Assembly (NCBI GenBank): GCA_041739995.1
Contig: JBGSMV010000015.1
Span: forward strand, 1 to 64,000
DNA: 64,000 nt
Reading direction: 5' to 3'
DNA from: Bdellovibrionota bacterium
Lineage (GTDB): Bacteria > Bdellovibrionota_C > UBA2361 > JBGSMV01
Shown: positions 39,012 to 48,672 of the stretch, piece after piece
How positions within the stretch are numbered: position 1 is the first letter of the stretch
Layout of the letters: each line of letters starts with the position of its first letter
The notes under the pieces: generated by a model
Database searches by the model: none
What the model was told of the DNA's origin: nothing
Seen by the model: the letters and a program-made list of their open reading frames with translations, nothing else
Position numbers and translations under genes: made by a program

Positions 39012-41756
39012 ATGAGTATTAATCGGTTGACCAGAGAGCGCCTCTTCTCGGATGAGCGACTCTTCAACAAGCTGCTTCCCTTCGCGAAGTACGACGATGA
39101 GTACGAGCTATTCGTACACTCTGACGCTTCTCTGTGGACAGTCTTTGAATTACAGCCGCAGTGGCTCACACGCACTTCCGACGCTGAAGCCTTCCGACTT
39201 ACTGAATCCATGCAAGAAATGCTCGATTCCCTTGAGTACGGATTCAGCGTTCAAGTCAGCTGGGTTACCACTTTCGATGTTGAGCACTTGCTGCGAGACA
39301 GCATGCAACGTTATCCACTAAGCGGCCCCGCCGGCTGGATGGCACGTCGTTGGGTACGCATGTTGCGCAACTCTGCTCGAAGCGCAGTAGTAGGACGCCG
39401 CCCTCGCAAGCTCCGTCTGATTATGGCGTTTCGCTACGATCCTCCTTGGCGCGGGAAAGGAATTATTCAACAGCTTCAGCAGCAAATTGAGCTCTTACTT
39501 TTTGGCAAAGTGGGCACCACCGCTCACCAACGTCGGGCAGAATACCAAGGTCACGCCAACAAAATGAAAGGCGAGATGACCGGTAAGGGCGCAAAGCTCA
39601 TGGATCTGGGCTTTCGACCTCGTCGCCTTAACGGGCAAGATCTCATTGATCTGATGTATCCGCTGCTTAACCGACGCAGCATGAAATCTGGCAAATTTAA
39701 GCGTGGCAAAAATACTTCAGTGCCCGTGCCAATATTCGATCCAACGGACTTCCTCTCCAATCAAGTTTCTGAAACTTCCATGGAGCATCCTAAAAACGGC
39801 GTCATTAAAAAAGATGGTCGCTACTATCGTTCTATCTCCATGGTAAAGCCGCCGAAGCAGTGCTTGCCACTGATGACGACGCCTTTGCAAAGCTTTCCGT
39901 ACGAGAACATCTTAAGCGTGACCTACTCAAAAGACACAAAGGAACAGCAACTCGCTCGTCTCGACCGTCTCGATTCAACGCTTGGCTTCCGAGAACGCAC
40001 GAGCATGGGACGTCTGAACCAGAAGATCGTGCATCAAATTTCAGCAATTCGAACTGCCAGGCAAGAAATTTATAACGGTGCGGCACAGATGGTGCGAGCC
40101 GGCGTGCATCAAACCTTTATATGCCAGACCGAAGAGGAAGCCGTTCGAGCTACCGCAGAAGCGGTCGCTACATTTCCGCAGCTAAACGGTGCGCGCGGCA
40201 TGTTGCACGAAGTCTCCGATCTTGCACTCATGCTGAACACCATGCCTGCCTGCTACGACCCTGCCACCGATGGGCCCGGCTGGACTAATCTACTGGTCTC
40301 ATCTCGCGCCGTTCGACTGTTCCCTCTATGGGGAAATTGGCGCGGATCAGAGGGCTCACAGTTCATCCTTCCCTCGCTCTGGAATCGCGAACTTGTTGGC
40401 TTCGACCTCTTTGACTCAAACATCGCACCGAATACTCTGATCAGCGGCGTATCTGGTGCAGGTAAAAGCTATTTACTTTGTTACATCCTGCTGACGATGA
40501 ACCGAGGACACTTCGCTTCACTTCCGGACGGAAGAGTTGTCGAACGCCAACCGATTACTTTTGTGTTCGACAAGGGCATGGTCGGGCAGCCCTGTGGCTT
40601 TGACAAGGTAGCGCAGCTCTTCGGCGGCCGAATTTACGAGGCGACTCCTTCTAAGGCTCCGGCGATGAACTTCCTCTCTCGACTGGGGGAAACTCCAGCG
40701 GACAATCGCAACGAGGACTATAAAGATCTGCTTGATATGTGCTCCGACATCATCGGCGATATGGCGACCGATCAAGGACGCGGCGTCGATCGTCTCGAAC
40801 GGCAGTCTATTGTTGAATCGTTGACCGAGGCGCATCGACTCTATCGAAATGGGCCTATGCGTCGCGAAATAATCTTAACCGACGTAGTCGCCGTGCTGAG
40901 AGCACCACGCCGCATCGATGAACCAGACGATTCGGCTAAGCGTCGCCAGCGAATTGCCCTCCTGATTGGTGATTACTATGGCGAGGGCACCTACGCTCGA
41001 TTCTTTGACCGACCTGGCGCTCTCAAATTGAAGGAACGCTTCATTGTGTTCGATCTCAAGGCGCTGAGCAGAAATCCGGACCTCCAGCGAGTATTTCTCA
41101 AGGTCGCCATGTTGTGGGCAGATACGGTCATGAATGACCCTAAGGAGCTCGACTGCCGTAAAATTCTCGTATTTGACGAGGCGCATGATCTCATTGGTAA
41201 GACGTCAGCCAACACGATCGAAACTGCCTTCCGACTCTATAGAAAGCGAAAGGGCATAGTAATCGCAGCCTCTCAGAGCGGTGAGGACTTCTATGTGGGC
41301 TCTGGCGGGCAAGCGATCGTTCAGAACAGTGCGCACAAGATTTTCCTTCGACAGGACCCTTCAAAGTTTCACTACACGGCGCAGGCCTTCAATCTTACCC
41401 CGGAGCAGTCGAATGTGATTCTTCGTTTGCGAACGGTGAAAGGTGTCGAATCACAATTCTTCCTTCTTTCAGACATTGGCGAAGCCGCCCTGGTGTTGCC
41501 GCTTGAACCTGCCTTCTATTGGGCAAGTACAAACAACGGCGATGATAATCAGCTCTTCGCTGATGCGCTCGAAGAGGCGCAAGGAAACTTTTGGGCTGCA
41601 CTTGAGCGAGTAGTCGCGGTTGCCCCAAATGGCGCAGCAGCCTTCCATCAAAGGAGACTGCGAAACCAGGTATCCGGAGCGGATGATACAAGTGACATAA
41701 CGAACATTGTTTCCTCGATCATTTCGGAATCTGCCGAAGGAGTAGGTAATCTTTAG
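39012..41756 (+). CDS. traC: TraC/VirB4 ATPase
   Basis: FDLFDS..NTLISGVSGAGKS, VFDKG, VFDEAH, RLYRKRKG..ASQS, IVQNSAHKIFLRQ. Confidence 0.92.
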   Translation: MSINRLTRERLFSDERLFNKLLPFAKYDDEYELFVHSDASLWTVFELQPQWLTRTSDAEAFRLTESMQEMLDSLEYGFSVQVSWVTTFDVEHLLRDSMQRYPLSGPAGWMARRWVRMLRNSARSAVVGRRPRKLRLIMAFRYDPPWRGKGIIQQLQQQIELLLFGKVGTTAHQRRAEYQGHANKMKGEMTGKGAKLMDLGFRPRRLNGQDLIDLMYPLLNRRSMKSGKFKRGKNTSVPVPIFDPTDFLSNQVSETSMEHPKNGVIKKDGRYYRSISMVKPPKQCLPLMTTPLQSFPYENILSVTYSKDTKEQQLARLDRLDSTLGFRERTSMGRLNQKIVHQISAIRTARQEIYNGAAQMVRAGVHQTFICQTEEEAVRATAEAVATFPQLNGARGMLHEVSDLALMLNTMPACYDPATDGPGWTNLLVSSRAVRLFPLWGNWRGSEGSQFILPSLWNRELVGFDLFDSNIAPNTLISGVSGAGKSYLLCYILLTMNRGHFASLPDGRVVERQPITFVFDKGMVGQPCGFDKVAQLFGGRIYEATPSKAPAMNFLSRLGETPADNRNEDYKDLLDMCSDIIGDMATDQGRGVDRLERQSIVESLTEAHRLYRNGPMRREIILTDVVAVLRAPRRIDEPDDSAKRRQRIALLIGDYYGEGTYARFFDRPGALKLKERFIVFDLKALSRNPDLQRVFLKVAMLWADTVMNDPKELDCRKILVFDEAHDLIGKTSANTIETAFRLYRKRKGIVIAASQSGEDFYVGSGGQAIVQNSAHKIFLRQDPSKFHYTAQAFNLTPEQSNVILRLRTVKGVESQFFLLSDIGEAALVLPLEPAFYWASTNNGDDNQLFADALEEAQGNFWAALERVVAVAPNGAAAFHQRRLRNQVSGADDTSDITNIVSSIISESAEGVGNL

Positions 41757-41765
41757 GTACTGTGC

Positions 41766-42080
41766 ATGGAGTGTTATATGATTGAAAAATTGGTGACTAT
41801 GAAAACATTCGCGGTCAGCTCACTGCTCCTTGGAAGTCTATTGGTAAGTGGGTGCTCCACTAAAAGCACCTCAGCCGTGGAAGTAATTCCACAAACTCGA
41901 GTCGCGGTGATCACTGCTCCCGGAGTGGTAGATCATATTTGGGAGGAACCAATGGTTGATGTCGTTGACGTTCCCCCGGGGCTCGATCCCGAGGGTCGCT
42001 ACTATCGACCCTCACACCAAGCCATTGTCGAGATTCGACAGGGCCACTGGCGTCAACAGGGACAGGAAGGGCAAAAATAG
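41766..42080 (+). CDS. Small lipoprotein with a second TraV-like motif
   Basis: Lipobox VSGC; VVDVPPGLDPEGRYYRPSHQAIVEIRQGHW. Confidence 0.6.
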   Translation: MECYMIEKLVTMKTFAVSSLLLGSLLVSGCSTKSTSAVEVIPQTRVAVITAPGVVDHIWEEPMVDVVDVPPGLDPEGRYYRPSHQAIVEIRQGHWRQQGQEGQK

Positions 42081-42120
42081 TTAATATAGTATCCGTTCAC
42101 GGAATGAAATTGATTTCACT

Positions 42121-42654
42121 ATGAGCCTTATCGCACTTAGAAACTTTTCAGCTCCTTTCACGCACAAAGCGTCATTGGTGACGCTTGCGCTGGTGGTACT
42201 GCTGTTTGGAATTCTTCGTCTCACGATAGGATCGCGTCCTGCGTTCTCTCCCGCATCTCATTCTGCCGCATCTCATTCTGCCGCATCTCTCGCTCCCGCA
42301 AGAGCTCCCCTATTGAAAATGCAAAACTCTCAAGATGGACCCGCAGTTGAACAGAATATTCCAGCGCAAGAGAGTTTTACACCCGAGAATATTTCTCCTC
42401 GTGGCGATTCCATGGTGGGGAGCGCCTCCGCGTCATTCTTCGGAGCAGCGAATGATTCTCATCCGAGCCAAGGGGCAGCAGGCCCTCAGCCTGCGACCAA
42501 TTCATTTTCCGACGGGGATGTGCTGAGTGAAATCCTTGGAACTCGTAAAGATAAGAAGGTGTCGCCATCGGGCGCCGAGCGCGCAGATCAAGGCAATTCA
42601 CCAACCCGCTCCGGCGAGCTTGACGCAATCGAAAAACGTCTTGGGATGCGCTAA
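42121..42654 (+). CDS. Membrane-anchored low-complexity protein
   Basis: One TM helix followed by an S/P/A-rich tail; contains a 15-bp internal duplication. Confidence 0.55.
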   Translation: MSLIALRNFSAPFTHKASLVTLALVVLLFGILRLTIGSRPAFSPASHSAASHSAASLAPARAPLLKMQNSQDGPAVEQNIPAQESFTPENISPRGDSMVGSASASFFGAANDSHPSQGAAGPQPATNSFSDGDVLSEILGTRKDKKVSPSGAERADQGNSPTRSGELDAIEKRLGMR

Positions 42655-42859
42655 AGCTATTAAACCGTATGCTCGGCGGACTACCGCTAAGAGCCCAAAC
42701 TCAAAATATACGATCCTTCGCACGTTCCCCCAGGACCTCTTCATGGACCCGACACATTTCTATTTTAGCTCTTTGGACACTCCCTAACTCTTGGGCGCTT
42801 GCCAAGAGACTCAGGCCGTTGCAGCCTGTTACGAGCTCGTATTTGAATTAGATAAACAC

Positions 42860-43354
42860 ATGGTTCAGGATCCCATTTTCATACCGCGCACATGGAGATC
42901 TGAATGGGTCACCCTGCTCGTTGCGGCGGGAGGGGCGCTCGCGGCCACCGTTTTTACCTATTCAGCATTGGGCGCTGCTTTGAATCATGAGATTCTTAGA
43001 GAGCAGCTTGGGTTTGGCCTCGAACTCGCCGCCCTAATTTGGATTTTTCCTTTGGCGGCACTTCTTCGGGCCGCCTATGGCGTTTACAATGTGAGATACT
43101 CACTGGATCATCATGCTATTGAGGTGCGTTCGGGCCGCCTGGCCTGGTCGTTGTTGATCACTCGGATTCGATATCAAGATATTCGTAGCATTGAGACTAG
43201 GCAGTCGGTAGTCGACCAAGTGCTTGGTATCGGCAGGATTGAAATTGGCACCGCAGCGAGCAGCGGTGCCGAAGTGTTGCTGTCGGGAATTGCAGATCCG
43301 CGTCGCGTGCAGCAGGCGATCCAAGAGGAGCGCAGTAATCTGGAGAACGATTGA
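42860..43354 (+). CDS. Bacterial PH domain (bPH_2) membrane protein
   Basis: Two TMs, then RYSLD..IEVRSG..IRYQDIRSIETRQSVVDQVLGIGRIEIGTA. Confidence 0.8.
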   Translation: MVQDPIFIPRTWRSEWVTLLVAAGGALAATVFTYSALGAALNHEILREQLGFGLELAALIWIFPLAALLRAAYGVYNVRYSLDHHAIEVRSGRLAWSLLITRIRYQDIRSIETRQSVVDQVLGIGRIEIGTAASSGAEVLLSGIADPRRVQQAIQEERSNLEND

Positions 43355-43561
43355 CTTATTTGGTCATGAGTTAAGCGTTCGAAGAATAATGCTCTCCGCG
43401 CTCGCTGCTCTCTTTGTGAATATATTTAGTGAATTACACAATACCCTCAGCGAGAAAAACACTTAAATGAACTTTGGCCTCAGTACATTAGGTTGATGCA
43501 AAGAGCGCGCCACCCTTTTAAGGAAAAGGGGTCGTAAGATATCCCCAATATAGAGATCAGC

Positions 43562-45352
43562 ATGCCTCCGACGCGCGGGCGATTATCACTTCTGGATGAA
43601 TTGTGTTTCGGTGCCTCTCTTTTGGCCCTTTCCTTTTGGATCGCCATCGCACCTGGCTTCTTTGGTCCGATCACCTGGGGCCTTGACGATGCGGGGATGT
43701 TCCTTCGATACGCGGAAAACCTTGCTGATGGCTTTGGCATTACCTGGAACCGCGGCGATCTGCCCACCTATGGACTCACCAGCCCACTGTACTTCGCATG
43801 GATAGTATTCCTTAGGGAAGTGGTCGGAGTTCCAGACCGCATCATTCTGGTTGGAAGCTCTTGGCTCTTTGGCTTATTCGCGGTGATTCTCCTGGCTTGC
43901 CTAACACGACAGTATTGTCGCACAAACTTTGGGGGACTCCTCTCTCGAATTGCACCTGCACAAGCCCCCCCAGCAACAAACACCATGCTCCTCGTTGCCA
44001 TGGTGAGTTGCACTTTTTCATTCCATCCATTTGTGCGGCAGATTGCTTTTAACGGCATGGAATCAACCCTGGCGCTCTGTACCAACATTGCCCTGGCTCT
44101 CTCCCTCCTTTACTTTGTATCCAGCCCCTCTACTCCTCGTGGGATTTGGGGGGCGGTCGCCGGTTATGTGAGTTTCTCGGCTCGTCCTGAATTGGGGATT
44201 TATTGTGTCGTCGCTCCGCTCTCAGCGTCGCTCATACTGATTTCGCCGCACGCTAAACTTCGCCCACTCTTTGCCTGGTATGGGACTTTCCTTATGCTGC
44301 TTTGCGCCGACTCTGCGCTGAAGTGGCTATACTTTGGCGATATGCTCCCGCTGCCTTTTTACGTCAAACAATTCGGGCTCTCCTCGGCACTTTTAGCTTC
44401 CGAGTTTTGGGAAACAAAGAGCTTTCTTTTAGACTTTTTAAACATCGCTTTTCCATACTTCGCCACTCTCCTGTTCGTAGTAAATAGGCGATCACTCCCT
44501 GGTGTTGTCGCATGGCTACTTCCCGTCGCATTGCACCTACTTTACCTCTCGTCGGTTTCTCAGGTGATGGGTTATTTCGGGCGCCTCTATCTCCCCGCCT
44601 TGCCGTTTCTCCTATGCGCGATGTTGCATGCCGTTCGCCTACGCGAGCAGTCATTCATAGACGCGAAGCACTGGCGTACGAGTCTTCAACAAATTCTGCC
44701 AAGACTTACATTGTGCATATCTCTAACGATTCCATTTTATTTTTTATGGCGACCCGCTCCTTCAGAGAATTCCCCGTCGACTTCGTGGGGTACCGCAATT
44801 TTGGGTATGCATCGCCTCATGAGCGCCCACTCCAAAGAGTTTTCAGTCGCGCTCACCGAGCATGGGTTTCTAGGGGCTCAATTCCCCGCCATCAGGATGG
44901 TCGACCTCACCGGTTTACATAACCCAATGCTCTCACGCCGACGCAATATGTCGAATTCTAGTTCCGTTACTGCGGTGGTAAATAAAAAGATTCTTAGCGA
45001 ATTCGCTGGTGGCCAAACAAGCGTCGATAGCGCGACGCACTCCAAGAACCAAAAAACGCTCAATCCACCTTGGTTTGCTCTCATGAAGTCGGAGGACCTT
45101 CGTCTAATCGACGAATTGCTATCAAAGGAACTCCCTGACGTAATTTGGTTGCCTCCTCCAGACTACCACCGACTTCGGTCGGTGTTGCTTGCCACTCCAA
45201 CACTAATCGAGTCCTACTGCCTGCTCCCCTCTGCTTTGCAATGGGGTGTGGCCGTACACAGGGGCTCTCCCGATCGAGAGTTGATCGTTAAAGCTCTCTC
45301 GCAAAAGGACACGTCTATAGACGAATTCGAGATGCCCTCAGAGTGTCTATGA
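43562..45352 (+). CDS. Polytopic membrane protein, GT-C glycosyltransferase-like
   Basis: DDAGMFLRYAENLADGFGITWN..YGLTSPL, GMES, ARPE, PFYVK, DLTGL motifs; many TMs. Confidence 0.65.
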   Translation: MPPTRGRLSLLDELCFGASLLALSFWIAIAPGFFGPITWGLDDAGMFLRYAENLADGFGITWNRGDLPTYGLTSPLYFAWIVFLREVVGVPDRIILVGSSWLFGLFAVILLACLTRQYCRTNFGGLLSRIAPAQAPPATNTMLLVAMVSCTFSFHPFVRQIAFNGMESTLALCTNIALALSLLYFVSSPSTPRGIWGAVAGYVSFSARPELGIYCVVAPLSASLILISPHAKLRPLFAWYGTFLMLLCADSALKWLYFGDMLPLPFYVKQFGLSSALLASEFWETKSFLLDFLNIAFPYFATLLFVVNRRSLPGVVAWLLPVALHLLYLSSVSQVMGYFGRLYLPALPFLLCAMLHAVRLREQSFIDAKHWRTSLQQILPRLTLCISLTIPFYFLWRPAPSENSPSTSWGTAILGMHRLMSAHSKEFSVALTEHGFLGAQFPAIRMVDLTGLHNPMLSRRRNMSNSSSVTAVVNKKILSEFAGGQTSVDSATHSKNQKTLNPPWFALMKSEDLRLIDELLSKELPDVIWLPPPDYHRLRSVLLATPTLIESYCLLPSALQWGVAVHRGSPDRELIVKALSQKDTSIDEFEMPSECL

Positions 45353-45550
45353 GAAACTGCCGGTCTCCTTCCCGTAACTCAATCGCAATTTAAATCAATA
45401 AATACAGCTAGTTAATCCTACTGTAGGCGCCCTGATTTAGGAAAAATGGTGTATCACTTGAAGCTACAAACTCTCCATAACTTCCTCTATACAATGGCTT
45501 TGTGAGCATCAGCTCCTCGCCACGAGTGTGAGGCGAGTTAGGGGGGACCC

Positions 45551-46774
45551 ATGCGCAGAATTCGGCAACTGCTTTTATGTCTTGGATTGGTAGCGAGCAC
45601 GAGCTTCTCGAGTGAGATCGCTCGACTTGCGTTTGCTCAAGCTTCCGAAGAAGAGCTGAGCTTAGATTTTGTGAAGAGCCAACTGGCAAAGGTTCGGGCG
45701 GGCACACCTGCGGCTGAAGCGGTTTCGTCGCGAGCCTTAGAGAATGAGACTGCTCGTTTGTTGGCCGAAGAAGCCGCATTGTTAAGCCAGCTTGAGGGCA
45801 AGCCTGCGGCGAGTTCTGCCAAGGTTGCGACGATCGAATCGACGGGAAATCAGGCCACCACACACACTCCTCAGGATGCCGCGCGCGCTTCAGCAGATCT
45901 CAACCAAGCGATCGCCTCTCTTGAGTCTGCCCTTCAGCTCGGATCCGAAAGCGATTCTGGAAACGACATTATTCAAGTGCGCGGCACTGTCGCGTCCATT
46001 AAGGATCGTGGCACTTCTACTGCGACTAATGAACGCGCGATTGAAAAGAACTCTGGAACTCCCGCACGAAGAATTCCCGCTGAGCTCGCGATGCAGGAGT
46101 CTGCGGAGATTGATTCTGTAGATTCGATGCTTGTCGCCGTAGGCGCGCCCAGCGTGAGAACGGAGCCCTCCCCGCAAGAGCCCTCAGCGGCGCAGATAGC
46201 GGAGACCGCCTCGGTCAACCAAATGAAAACTCTTCGGTCATCGAACGCGGAACTTCGACGACAACTTGAGGCTACGCAACGACGCCTTCGGGACTCGACT
46301 ACCGAACTTAATGAGTCGCGTAATCGCCTAATCATCGCGGAAACCGAAGTGGAACGTCTCTCGAATGTGCTTGAGCAACGAAATCGATCCACGCTCGCTC
46401 GAGTAGCCCCAGAGGTCGCTCAATCCGAAGCCGCTCGACGTCAATATCAGGTACCTCTTGCCGTTGCCAATGCGCCTCAGCGCCCGGAGCCCACTCGCGT
46501 CAAGCATGCCGAGCCGGTGAAAAGCGACATGCTGATCGGAACTATCTCTGTCGAAAAAGCTCATCTACGCAGCGGCCCTGGAAAAAACAATTCTCCTCTT
46601 ATGTCAGTATCGAACGGTACACGCCTCGTGATTGAGACCCGCCAAGGCAGCTGGTACCGGGTGATTACTCCAACTGGAACTCGCGCATGGGTCGCTTCTG
46701 AGGTGTTGTCTTTTGGGGGTGACACAAGCTCCTCCCCCACTCGTACGCTTAACATTCAAGGTATCGAGGGATAA
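45551..46774 (+). CDS. Secreted coiled-coil protein with C-terminal SH3b (SH3_3) domain
   Basis: Signal peptide (AFA-Q), coiled coil, AHLRSGPGKN..GSWYRVITPTGTRAWV. Confidence 0.8.
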   Translation: MRRIRQLLLCLGLVASTSFSSEIARLAFAQASEEELSLDFVKSQLAKVRAGTPAAEAVSSRALENETARLLAEEAALLSQLEGKPAASSAKVATIESTGNQATTHTPQDAARASADLNQAIASLESALQLGSESDSGNDIIQVRGTVASIKDRGTSTATNERAIEKNSGTPARRIPAELAMQESAEIDSVDSMLVAVGAPSVRTEPSPQEPSAAQIAETASVNQMKTLRSSNAELRRQLEATQRRLRDSTTELNESRNRLIIAETEVERLSNVLEQRNRSTLARVAPEVAQSEAARRQYQVPLAVANAPQRPEPTRVKHAEPVKSDMLIGTISVEKAHLRSGPGKNNSPLMSVSNGTRLVIETRQGSWYRVITPTGTRAWVASEVLSFGGDTSSSPTRTLNIQGIEG

Positions 46775-46776
46775 TC

Positions 46777-47361
46777 GTGCGTGGAATGGATTCATCACCG
46801 ATTCTGAGATCTCCGACTTCCACCCCTTCAGTAGCCCAGCCACTTTGCATATTTGCAGGAATTTGTAGCGCCTTGATTTTGGGCCTCTCTGTTTTGATCC
46901 CCATCAATGACGCAGTACAGGCACAGCCGCCACTAGTAGCGATGGGGCCTCAAGGATTTGTTTACCCCGTAATGGCCCCGCGCCGCTCAAGCGGCTATGG
47001 GATGCGCGTGCACCCGATCCGCCGCTTTAGCCGGCTCCATCAAGGGATAGACCTTGCCGCCCCTGAGGGCTCACCAATCCGTGCAGTACAGGCAGGCGTG
47101 GTGGTCTTTGCCGATCCTTACGCGGGCTACGGCAACTTAGTGGTAATTCAGCATCAAGGCAGAATCACTACGCACTACGGACACTGCCAGTCTCTTCGCG
47201 TTAAGCCAGGTCAACGGGTAAATGCAGGGCAAATAATTGCCACGGTTGGCAATACAGGACATAGCACCGGCCCCCATCTGCACTTTGAGCTGCGCAAATC
47301 TGGGCAATCTGTAGATCCGGAGAATGCTTTCCCCAATCTTGCAGCCAAGGCTCAAGGCTAA
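46777..47361 (+). CDS. M23 family peptidoglycan endopeptidase
   Basis: HQGIDLAAP, YGNLVVI, YGHC, GNTGHSTGPHLHFE. Confidence 0.92.
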   Translation: MRGMDSSPILRSPTSTPSVAQPLCIFAGICSALILGLSVLIPINDAVQAQPPLVAMGPQGFVYPVMAPRRSSGYGMRVHPIRRFSRLHQGIDLAAPEGSPIRAVQAGVVVFADPYAGYGNLVVIQHQGRITTHYGHCQSLRVKPGQRVNAGQIIATVGNTGHSTGPHLHFELRKSGQSVDPENAFPNLAAKAQG

Positions 47362-47362
47362 A

Positions 47363-47401
47363 TCTTTCAATCCACTCTTTGAATCCACTCTTTGAATCCA
47401 C
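47363..47401. repeat. 3 x 13-bp tandem repeat TCTTTGAATCCAC
   Basis: Directly visible after the M23 stop codon. Confidence 0.85.
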
Positions 47402-47582
47402 CGAGGCCGCTCATGATTGTCTTGAGTCACTGTTTCAAAGCGTCCCGAGCACTTTGACTAGATCCCTTTAGAGCAGCCTCTCGAAGTCACGAGGGGAAAT
47501 GGCAACAAACCTTTGCATGTAGTCACCAAATGCATCTATGCTCTTCGCCGCGCACCCAGCGATTATGGGAACTGCGCGCTCA

Positions 47583-47640
47583 GGGGAACAGCGCGTTCGG
47601 GGGAACAGCGCTTTTAGGAAAACAGTGTTTTTAGGGAACC
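47583..47640. repeat. About 3.4 x 17-bp tandem repeat upstream of hflK
   Basis: GGGGAACAGCGCGTTCG / GGGGAACAGCGCTTTTA / GGAAAACAGTGTTTTTA. Confidence 0.75.
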
Positions 47641-47646
47641 TGCGTA

Positions 47647-48672
47647 ATGACATCAAACGATCTAGAGGAGCAGTTACGAGAGTGGCGGGAAATGATCGAC
47701 AAGCTGAAAGTAACGTTTCAGAAGCTTGGGGGCCCTCTTATTTTTATTGTGATTCTCGCCGTAATTGGATCGGCCTCGTCTTTCTACACCATTGATGTGA
47801 GCGAAGAAGGGGTAATCACCCGTTTCGGCCGCTATCACCACACCGCACCGCCAGGACTACACTACAAAATTCCTTTTGGAATCGATCAAGTCCACAAAGT
47901 CGCTTCGAAGCGCCGACTTCAAGAAGAGTTCGGGTTCCGCACTTCTGGAGTTTCGGATGGGCGCTCCACCTACGTCTCAGGACGTTTTGCTGACGAAAGC
48001 CTCATGCTTACCGGCGACCTGAATGTGGGCGATGTGACCTGGATTCTTCAGTACGAGATTAGCGATCCTTGGAAGTTTTTGTTTCACGCCAGAGACGTAC
48101 AGAGAAACATTCGTGACGTCTCGCTTTCGATCATGCGTCGTGTGGTTGGCGACAGGTTGGTGGGGGATGTCCTCACCGTTGGTCGCGTTGAGATTGCGGA
48201 TGAAGCGAAACGCCTCACCCAAGAAGTTCTGGACCGCTATGACATGGGAATTCGAGTGGTGACGATAAACTTGCAGGATGTAAACCCTCCTGAGTCGGTA
48301 AAGCCCGCCTTCAATGATGTGAACGCAGCCAAGCAGCAGCAGGAAGAAGCGATCAACGTCGCCGAACGGGAATATAACCGATTTGTTCCCGAGGCACGTG
48401 GCCGCGCGGACCAACTTCTCTCCGAGGCCGATGCGTATCATATAAATGTGGTTAACAGAGCCAAAGGAGATGCCTCCCGTTTTCGCTCCATTGCAGATGA
48501 ATATCGAAAGGCTCCAGAAATTACACGCAGTCGCCTCTACATCGAGACTATGGAAGGGGTCCTTGCGGGGATGCGTCGACTCACCGTTGTCGATGAGCGT
48601 CTCCAAGGTGTACTTCCGATCTTCGGATCCGATAGTGCCGCACTGAAAAAAGCAGAGGTACAACCACGATGA
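47647..48672 (+). CDS. hflK: FtsH modulator HflK
   Basis: SPFH domain, MLTGDLN, PPESVKPAFNDV, APEITRSRLYIETME. Confidence 0.95.
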   Translation: MTSNDLEEQLREWREMIDKLKVTFQKLGGPLIFIVILAVIGSASSFYTIDVSEEGVITRFGRYHHTAPPGLHYKIPFGIDQVHKVASKRRLQEEFGFRTSGVSDGRSTYVSGRFADESLMLTGDLNVGDVTWILQYEISDPWKFLFHARDVQRNIRDVSLSIMRRVVGDRLVGDVLTVGRVEIADEAKRLTQEVLDRYDMGIRVVTINLQDVNPPESVKPAFNDVNAAKQQQEEAINVAEREYNRFVPEARGRADQLLSEADAYHINVVNRAKGDASRFRSIADEYRKAPEITRSRLYIETMEGVLAGMRRLTVVDERLQGVLPIFGSDSAALKKAEVQPR

